Below, in pieces: positions 49,273 to 54,602 of a DNA stretch of 54,602 nt. Positions within the stretch are counted from its first letter, which is position 1; each line of letters opens with the position of its first letter. The DNA comes from a virus: positions 1-54,602 of the IMG/VR virus record IMGVR_UViG_3300011438_000003; one strand, written 5' to 3'. A model generated the notes under the pieces. The model saw nothing but the letters and a program-made list of their open reading frames with translations, did no database searches and was not told the origin of the DNA. A program made the position numbers and the translations under genes.

Positions 49273-50891
49273 TCGTCCTCCCAGTACTCGCGTTTCTCCT
49301 GCCGCTCAATCTCCGCTTCATCTTCTTTCTCTTCCTTCGCCGCCTCGCGCGCGACCCACTCAGGCGAGCCAGGCGGCAGCTCCACCACCACCGCCGCTGG
49401 GTCGTCGAGGTAGTACGACAGCGCTCCTACCACAGCGGGCGCATAGTCGCAGTGACGCCCGTCTGCAGTGGGCGGTAGGATGATCTTCGCCCCGGTCTGC
49501 GTGGCGCGCTTCTTCAACGCAAGCAGGTCGGCCCGCACGAACGGGTCCGAAGGCAAGTCAACATCGCCCATCGCCACGCGCGTAGCGAACGACGAGTAGC
49601 GGTTTAGCTTCTTCTTCTCGTCCGAAGTGAACAGCGTTAGCGACAGCCCGAATTGCTCGGCGATGTCCCGGTTTGCGTCTCCTGACCAGAGATCCGATGC
49701 GACCGAGCGTAGGCCGTACGCTTGGCAGATCTCCGAGATCTCACCCAGCACAGCGCGAGGCGACAGCGGCACAGCTTTCGACCCGATCCACTGACGGGCG
49801 AGGACGATCGACAGCCTCACGCGGTCACCAACGCGGCGGCGCGTTCCGATCGCGAGGGTCCAAGCGTTGCCGCGTGTGGCCGGGTCCATCATCGCGAAGT
49901 ACTGGTGCCCGTACTCGCGCGCGATCACGTCGGTGTCTGGGCTGCCGTCTGGCCGGCGCCGCAAGCACTTCTCCAGGTCCACGGCGCTGAGAAGCGACTC
50001 CTCGGGGTCGAGGAACTCACACAGAATGTCGGTCCGGTGCACGTCGGGCCGGTTCACGCGCAGGTACTCGACCGCTTCCGGCGTCCACGTGACCGGGTTC
50101 ATGTGGTGCGCGGGCGCCTTGATGACGACCAGCGAGCGCGTCGGCCTGCCGAAAGACTCGGTGACCATCTGGTAGATCGGACCGCGCGGCGCCCACACAG
50201 AGCCGATGTCGATGACCTGCGCACCAGGGAGCAGCCGCCCGAACACCGCGCTGTGCATGTCGTCGAGGTTCACCACCCCGTCCTCCTGACCGACCATGCG
50301 AGGAGCCTCGTCGAACGCAGCGCCCGCGGACCAGCGAGCAACGAGAGTCGTGCCCGCCTTCGCTCCGGCGACGACCTTGATCTCGACCGGCCTGCCGCTG
50401 GGATGGCGGAGCGTGACGGTGTCGGCCGTGGGCTCTTCAACCAGCAGCCTTCGAAGGTCGGGACGCTCGCGCACGTTGCCGACGATGTGCTGCAGGATGA
50501 CGTCGGCCAGGTCGAGCCGGGTCGAGACGACCGAGTAGCGCGCGGTCTCGCCTGGGCCGAGCCGCGAGATGTCGCATGTTTGCGTTGCCGAGATGGCCAC
50601 GCAGGCGGCGAGCATCGACTTGGCCGACCGGATGCCGCTGAGCAGCGCGATATGCGAGCAGCGCGTCGCTGGTATGCGCGCAATGGCATCGACGCCACCC
50701 ACCGCGGCGATGACGTGCGGGTCCGAGGCGAGATCGCCAAGCGGGCGCCCGTCGATGATCCGGCAGCACGCGCGCTGCAACGGCGACGCGGTGGTGAGAG
50801 CGAAATAGCGCAGCTCGGTCAGCAGCTCCTCGACCGTCGGCGGTCGGATCGCACGACGGCGGAGCTCTTCGATGATGGCCGCGGTGGACAC
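49269..50891 (-). CDS. terL: Terminase large subunit, 540 aa
   Basis: Walker-A-like 'LLSGIRSAKS', Walker-B-like 'AAFDEAP', nuclease-domain acidic motif 'YFAMMDPA', acidic C-terminus. Confidence 0.75.
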   Translation of the reverse strand: MSTAAIIEELRRRAIRPPTVEELLTELRYFALTTASPLQRACCRIIDGRPLGDLASDPHVIAAVGGVDAIARIPATRCSHIALLSGIRSAKSMLAACVAISATQTCDISRLGPGETARYSVVSTRLDLADVILQHIVGNVRERPDLRRLLVEEPTADTVTLRHPSGRPVEIKVVAGAKAGTTLVARWSAGAAFDEAPRMVGQEDGVVNLDDMHSAVFGRLLPGAQVIDIGSVWAPRGPIYQMVTESFGRPTRSLVVIKAPAHHMNPVTWTPEAVEYLRVNRPDVHRTDILCEFLDPEESLLSAVDLEKCLRRRPDGSPDTDVIAREYGHQYFAMMDPATRGNAWTLAIGTRRRVGDRVRLSIVLARQWIGSKAVPLSPRAVLGEISEICQAYGLRSVASDLWSGDANRDIAEQFGLSLTLFTSDEKKKLNRYSSFATRVAMGDVDLPSDPFVRADLLALKKRATQTGAKIILPPTADGRHCDYAPAVVGALSYYLDDPAAVVVELPPGSPEWVAREAAKEEKEDEAEIERQEKREYWEDD

Positions 50892-50903
50892 GGATCGGCG
50901 TCG

Positions 50904-51329
50904 CTACGCCCGCCCCCTCCCGGCGATCTCAATCCCCGACGCCTGCGCCCGGTACTGCAACCTTTCAGCGTCCGCCGCATCGAGGTTTCTGCGTAGCTCG
51001 CGACGCTGCTCCGCCGACATCTCACCAATACGCTGTATCGCCACCGCGTGCACCACGACCTCATTGATCTGCACGCTTGGCAGCCCACTCGAGATCTCGA
51101 CGGTCGCAAAGCCACGCAGCCATCCCAAGCCTTGCGGCGTAGGGACGAGCTGCGACGTGTGGCGGTAGGCTGGACAGAGCCGTACTGCTTCGCCGGTAAA
51201 CCGGGCGTAGTCGAGCGACAATTCATCGCCTTGCACCTTGCCAATCCACGCGGCCCCGCTCTCTGTGATGGCACAGATCCAGTCTCTGAAATCGTTCAGG
51301 TCTCGTTCTCTCGCGTTCGGATCGCTCAT
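50904..51329 (-). CDS. Hypothetical protein, 141 aa (alternative terS candidate by position)
   Basis: ORF immediately upstream of terL. Confidence 0.55.
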   Translation of the reverse strand: MSDPNARERDLNDFRDWICAITESGAAWIGKVQGDELSLDYARFTGEAVRLCPAYRHTSQLVPTPQGLGWLRGFATVEISSGLPSVQINEVVVHAVAIQRIGEMSAEQRRELRRNLDAADAERLQYRAQASGIEIAGRGRA

Positions 51330-51526
51330 CAGTTGTACCCTTCCTTCCGTTTCGCTTGCTCGCGCGCCACGCGTTGAGCCTCGGCCTGTCGTGCCGCCAA
51401 CACCATGAACAGCGCGACCTCCTCACGCTCCCGCAGCTTGCCTCGCGCCCAGCTGTAGCCGATGAACAGCACCGAGTGCGCCACCTGCGCTCCCAGCACC
51501 ACCGCGAACAGGTTGAGCGCGCTCAC
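51329..51526 (-). CDS. Small membrane protein, 65 aa (GTG start)
   Basis: 'VSALNLFAVVLGAQVAHSVLFIGYSW' TM segment plus a basic helical tail. GTGA overlap at 51523-51526. Confidence 0.45.
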   Translation of the reverse strand: MSALNLFAVVLGAQVAHSVLFIGYSWARGKLREREEVALFMVLAARQAEAQRVAREQAKRKEGYN

Positions 51527-51846
51527 AACCGCACCGCCATGGACAACGCAACGCACTCCACATCGCCCCGCGACTTGTACAGACCGGCGCACGACAGCTC
51601 GGAGTAACTCGAGATACACGCCTCGATGCCGTCCGCGTCGCCCGATACAATGCGGGAGCACCGCTCGCGTTGCTCGTCGAGCATGTCCCGTCGCACATCG
51701 ATCCGGCACTCCGCGGCGCGCTCGGCGATGAAGTCGTACCAGTCGTAGCACGCCGCTCGAGCGGAGCCGCCAGGCGCGCGGAAGGCGCAAGAGGCGAGCG
51801 CGACGGCGATGACGGCTGCGCGAGGTACCGCCATACTACGGAGCAT
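51523..51846 (-). CDS. Predicted lipoprotein, 107 aa
   Basis: 'MAVPRAAVIAVALASCAF' gives a signal peptide plus lipobox. Cys-rich. Confidence 0.55.
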   Translation of the reverse strand: MLRSMAVPRAAVIAVALASCAFRAPGGSARAACYDWYDFIAERAAECRIDVRRDMLDEQRERCSRIVSGDADGIEACISSYSELSCAGLYKSRGDVECVALSMAVRL

Positions 51847-52114
51847 CTTTCACCTCCTCGATCACCATTCGATACGTGCGATCTGCCGGCTCCGACCCGA
51901 TCCGCTCGATGTGCTCTCTCGCGTCGATCACCTCAACCGTCTCACCTCTCGCGTCGCGCACAATAACCGCCACGCGCCAGTGTTTGCCGCCGCGTTCGAA
52001 CTCCCAGCGGGAGAGCCAAGGAGTCTTCGGCATCGGCTCCGTCGATAGCTCCGGCATCTCCGCCGGATCGGACACATCGAACGGATCGAACTCGCAGAGG
52101 AGAGAGCGGGTCAT
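51836..52114 (-). CDS. Hypothetical protein, 92 aa
   Basis: ORF in operon register. Confidence 0.55.
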   Translation of the reverse strand: MTRSLLCEFDPFDVSDPAEMPELSTEPMPKTPWLSRWEFERGGKHWRVAVIVRDARGETVEVIDAREHIERIGSEPADRTYRMVIEEVKDAP

Positions 52115-52410
52115 CGTCTGGCCAGACCTTCCGCGCGAATCTCCTCCTCGACTCGCTCGATGTCAGCCGGAGAGTAGTGGCTCATGCCCACAACACCAGG
52201 CTCGACGTCGTGAAGCCGTTTCATGAAGGCTCGACGCAGCTCGGTGTGCTGGTCCTTGGCCTCGTTGAACAGCTCCAGGTGACGGTCGCGCGTCTGCTCC
52301 CAGTTCTTCGCCGCCTTGGCCAGCTCGTCACCGCGCCGCACGATCTCCTCATGAAGCACGCTGAGCTGTCCGGCCATCCGGTTCAGCTCAGCGTCGGCGA
52401 ACTGACTCAC
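52111..52410 (-). CDS. Hypothetical helical protein, 99 aa
   Basis: ATGA overlaps. Confidence 0.55.
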   Translation of the reverse strand: MSQFADAELNRMAGQLSVLHEEIVRRGDELAKAAKNWEQTRDRHLELFNEAKDQHTELRRAFMKRLHDVEPGVVGMSHYSPADIERVEEEIRAEGLARR

Positions 52411-52625
52411 GACAGCACCGCGTCGATAGCTGCCTCAGCCTCATCACGCAGAAGCTCCGGGTCTCGGTCCGCGCCGAAGAACACCACCACTCGCTTCGAG
52501 TAGCGGAAGTGCAGATAGTGCTCCCCGGTCTCGGCCGAGTGCAGGATCTCAAACTCGATGTGCTCCCGCTTGAGGCGCTCGCCGAAGCGTCTCTCGACTA
52601 GCTCCCGCGCTGCTGCCGGTGTCAC
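52407..52625 (-). CDS. Hypothetical protein, 72 aa
   Basis: ATGA overlaps. Confidence 0.55.
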   Translation of the reverse strand: MTPAAARELVERRFGERLKREHIEFEILHSAETGEHYLHFRYSKRVVVFFGADRDPELLRDEAEAAIDAVLS

Positions 52626-52981
52626 GACAGCACCACCGGACCGTTCGGCCCCTCTTTGTCTTCGGCGAGCTTCGCCAGTTCGTCTGCGTCGCGCTCGCCT
52701 TCGATCGAAGCGAACACCGACGTATCCCTAGTCACCCAATACTTGCGACCGTCGAGCATCCGACCGTCGGCCATGCCGTTGAACCAAACGCGCTCGCCGA
52801 CCTTGCACTGCATCGGGATAAGCGCGCCGCCCTCCGACATCGCACCCGGACCGACCGCGACGACTACCTTCGGGTTCGCTTCCTTCGCTGCTTGGCCGTC
52901 GGGGAGGTGAATGAGAACGTCTTTGCTCTGCTCTTCTTCCTGCAGAATGATCCAATCGTGTTTCGGTTTCGGGAATCTCAT
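52622..52981 (-). CDS. GroES/Cpn10-like co-chaperonin with an acidic C-terminal extension, 119 aa
   Basis: 'PKHDWIILQEEEQSKDVLIHLPDGQAAKEANPKVVVAVGPGAMSEGGALIPMQCKVGERVWFNGMADGRMLDGRKYWVTRDTSVFASIE' aligns by eye along the whole of E. coli GroES. Matching stretches are P.HDR.iV, the mobile loop, G.VvAVG.G, v.vGd.V.f and ey.....d.i.a.ie. Confidence 0.75.
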   Translation of the reverse strand: MRFPKPKHDWIILQEEEQSKDVLIHLPDGQAAKEANPKVVVAVGPGAMSEGGALIPMQCKVGERVWFNGMADGRMLDGRKYWVTRDTSVFASIEGERDADELAKLAEDKEGPNGPVVLS

Positions 52982-53394
52982 GGCTTGCTCCTGTTGGTTG
53001 TGGTGTTGCGTTCGGCGTTCAGCCCCGTGCGTTCGTGTGCCTCGACGAGGCGTGGATCGCGACGGCGGAGCTCGCGCTGGTAGAACTCGAGTTCGCCGCG
53101 CAGCTCAGCTTCGCGTGCGGCCCAACGATCCTCCGTCTTGCGCATGTCAGCGACGACCGATGCCCTGCTCACCATGGCTTCAGGCGCTGAGTGCGGTACC
53201 AAGTCGTCTCTGCCGAGGCTCTGAGCCCGACGCTCCTGCCACTCCTTGCGCCCTAACCCAGTGCATGGACCATCGTGCCCTTCGAACAGGTTGCTGTTGC
53301 ACGAGCATCGCTTGCGATTGATGCCGGCGAAGCGGCTCCCTGGTTCGGGCTCGGCGTCACGAGAGTTGCCAGCAGAGAAATCTACCTTGCTCAT
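52978..53394 (-). CDS. Hypothetical protein, 138 aa
   Basis: ATGA overlaps. Coiled-coil C-terminal half. Confidence 0.55.
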   Translation of the reverse strand: MSKVDFSAGNSRDAEPEPGSRFAGINRKRCSCNSNLFEGHDGPCTGLGRKEWQERRAQSLGRDDLVPHSAPEAMVSRASVVADMRKTEDRWAAREAELRGELEFYQRELRRRDPRLVEAHERTGLNAERNTTTNRSKP

Positions 53395-53762
53395 CGCCCG
53401 TCCCTCCGCTTCCCTGTCTTCGCAGGCGGCGGCATCGCGTCGCGCACTGGCCGCACCGTGCCAACCGCATCGTCAACGATCGCCGGCCCTGCCCATTCCA
53501 TTCCCTTCGGAGGTGTTGGTTCCTCCTCCGGCAGTGGACCGGCCTTCGCCAGCTCGTCCTCCCACCACTGCACCTGCTCGAAAGGCAGTCTCCTGCTGCC
53601 GATGTGCATCACGCGGTGCTCGTAGTCGGCGAACAGCGTCGTGGTCTCGCTCGCGCGAAACGTCCGCGTCCCGGGCGTCATGCGCGGCCCCGTCTCCCGC
53701 TTGTCGCGCGGCATGCGCATGTAATCGATCAGTTCGAGTTCCTTTACCGGTACCAGCATCAT
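53391..53762 (-). CDS. Hypothetical protein, 123 aa
   Basis: ATG 53762 sits in an ATGA overlap with the terS-like stop. The upstream 177 codons of ORF 53391..54293 are R/G/A-rich and overlap the terS-like ORF. Confidence 0.55.
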   Translation of the reverse strand: MMLVPVKELELIDYMRMPRDKRETGPRMTPGTRTFRASETTTLFADYEHRVMHIGSRRLPFEQVQWWEDELAKAGPLPEEEPTPPKGMEWAGPAIVDDAVGTVRPVRDAMPPPAKTGKRRDGR

Positions 53763-54400
53763 TCGCCTCCGTTCGCTTTCCGCGGCGCTGCGCTCACCGC
53801 GCTCGGCTCCGCCACTGCCTCGCCAACCGTCTCCACCGCCTCGCCACGCCCCTCTACCGTCCCGCCGCCCAATAACCCCGCCACCAGCTCCCCGAGCTCC
53901 GGCTGCGCCTTCAGAACCTGCGCGATGAGCTCCGCCGTCGACACCGTCGAGAACTCGCCCGGCTGGCCCACTTCGATGCGCTGCACGAACGCTCCGAGTG
54001 CCTTCATGTACAGCTCGACGCAGTCCTTCGCGACGCGTGTGTTCGGCTGCGGGATGGTCTCGTAGAGCCGTACACCATCGTCGTCCTTCCCAGTGCAAAC
54101 GACCTTCACCTCGGACATCGCGGTCGCTTGGATGCCTTCGAGCTCGGCCAGCTTGCGGGTGATGTGCGCCACGCGGTCGGGGTCGGTGGCGATGCGCACC
54201 GCGTGGAACGCTTCGACCGCGCGGGACTGCACCGTGCGCACACCGATGCCCCACTCCGCCGCCAGCTTCGCCGCTGAGCTCGTGCCGTTCCACAGGCCAG
54301 AGAGGGCCAGATCGACGATGCGGCCCCGCTGCTGGTCCGCTGTGGGCTGGCCAGCGGCCGTAGGGATCGCGCGCGCGGGCAGGTCGCTGGCGGTGGTCAT
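53759..54400 (-). CDS. terS: Putative terminase small subunit (N-terminal HTH DNA-binding protein), 213 aa
   Basis: HTH 'SSAAKLAAEWGIGVRTVQSRAVEA', a helical middle region, and position as first gene after the non-coding region. Function is not proven; it could be a regulator. Confidence 0.5.
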   Translation of the reverse strand: MTTASDLPARAIPTAAGQPTADQQRGRIVDLALSGLWNGTSSAAKLAAEWGIGVRTVQSRAVEAFHAVRIATDPDRVAHITRKLAELEGIQATAMSEVKVVCTGKDDDGVRLYETIPQPNTRVAKDCVELYMKALGAFVQRIEVGQPGEFSTVSTAELIAQVLKAQPELGELVAGLLGGGTVEGRGEAVETVGEAVAEPSAVSAAPRKANGGE

Positions 54401-54455
54401 GTAGACACCTGACCCAATGTTGGGAGTGTCGTCAGTGACGCCGATCTACAACTAT

Positions 54456-54465
54456 TCCTATAGGA
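54456..54465. promoter_or_regulatory. 10-bp palindrome TCCTATAGGA upstream of the terS-like gene
   Basis: Read directly. Followed by GAGCTC, CGCGCG, the direct CGTCT CGTCT and an AT-rich gtgatatatag (54492-54502). Confidence 0.5.
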
Positions 54466-54479
54466 GCTCGCGCGCGTCT

Positions 54480-54602
54480 CGTCTAAAGACAGTGATATAT
54501 AGGGCGCAATGGGGATTTGGCGACACTGGCGACACTCGCGACACTCACGCATTGCTGGGCCCCCCTCTTTCGACGTAGAGAACCGGGTGATATCGGGCAT
54601 CA
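54480..54602. repeat. Terminal direct repeat copy 2 (identical to 1-123)
   Basis: Read directly. Confidence 0.95.

Noticed and set aside
49722-50996. 424-aa plus-strand ORF opposite terL
   Set aside because: Antisense to an ORF with terminase motifs, and it has R/D/A-rich composition.
53391-54293. 300-aa ORF as a single gene
   Set aside because: The N-terminal 177 codons are R/G/A-rich and overlap the terS-like ORF. Only the part from ATG 53762 (ATGA overlap) is kept.
54397-54600. 67-aa minus-strand ORF at the window end
   Set aside because: It lies in the non-coding repeat-rich region and the terminal duplication, overlaps the helicase 3' end in another frame, and has no SD.
1-54602. Diversity-generating retroelement, retron, toxin-antitoxin pair, transposase/IS, or phage-encoded polymerases
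   Set aside because: I found no reverse-transcriptase, transposase, polymerase or recognisable toxin motifs in any supported ORF. I saw no template/variable repeat pair near the fibre genes.

Overview
The window is one complete, end-overlapped genome of a GC-rich temperate tailed phage (or excised prophage). The first 123 nt are repeated exactly as the last 123 nt, giving a unit length of 54,479 bp. G+C looks like roughly two-thirds by eye; I did not compute it. I call about 100 protein-coding genes. They are packed very tightly: about 60 gene junctions are 4-nt ATGA/GTGA/TTGA stop-start overlaps (hand count).

The genes fall into seven strand blocks:
1. Leftward early/replication block, 8492 down to 66. 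It holds a LexA-wHTH fusion protein, a PPC-motif protein, an Ead/Ea22-like protein, a family of Zn-ribbon plus degenerate-HNH-like DNA-binding paralogs, an SF2 helicase, a VRR-NUC nuclease, a stand-alone DnaB-N-domain protein and an SF3/D5-type helicase.
2. Immunity region, 8729-10131. It holds a lipoprotein moron and divergent CI-like and Cro-like XRE genes with repeated ACTTTAGTC sites.
3. Rightward early block, 10132 to 19088. It holds a FEN-type 5'-3' exonuclease fused to a RecT-like annealase, a MazG-like NTP-PPase and many small unknowns. It ends with an Xis-like HTH ORF and a tyrosine integrase, followed by an attP-like region carrying the 5' half of a tRNA-Leu(CAG).
4. Rightward accessory block, 19327 to 23797. 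Its last seven small ORFs are headed by two conserved start-associated linker motifs.
5. Leftward block, 54400 down to 49269. It runs from a terS-like gene through nine small genes, including a GroES/Cpn10 homologue, to terL.
6. A rightward 5-gene island, 48068 to 49272, wedged between terL and the portal block.
7. Leftward structural and lysis block, 47996 down to 23798, with podovirus-like gene order: portal, scaffold, major capsid, small head proteins, adaptor/nozzle-like proteins, three large internal/ejection-like proteins, a Gly-rich fibre, a LamG-like fibre, lipoproteins, holin/spanin-like proteins and two SLT-like muralytic proteins.

I found no rRNA, no complete tRNA, no CRISPR array, no transposase, no DNA or RNA polymerase and no reverse transcriptase.

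All functional calls rest on motifs I recognise by eye in the supplied translations. No database search was run. Many start codons, especially GTG/TTG starts, are inferred from the stop-start overlap pattern and are uncertain by a few codons.
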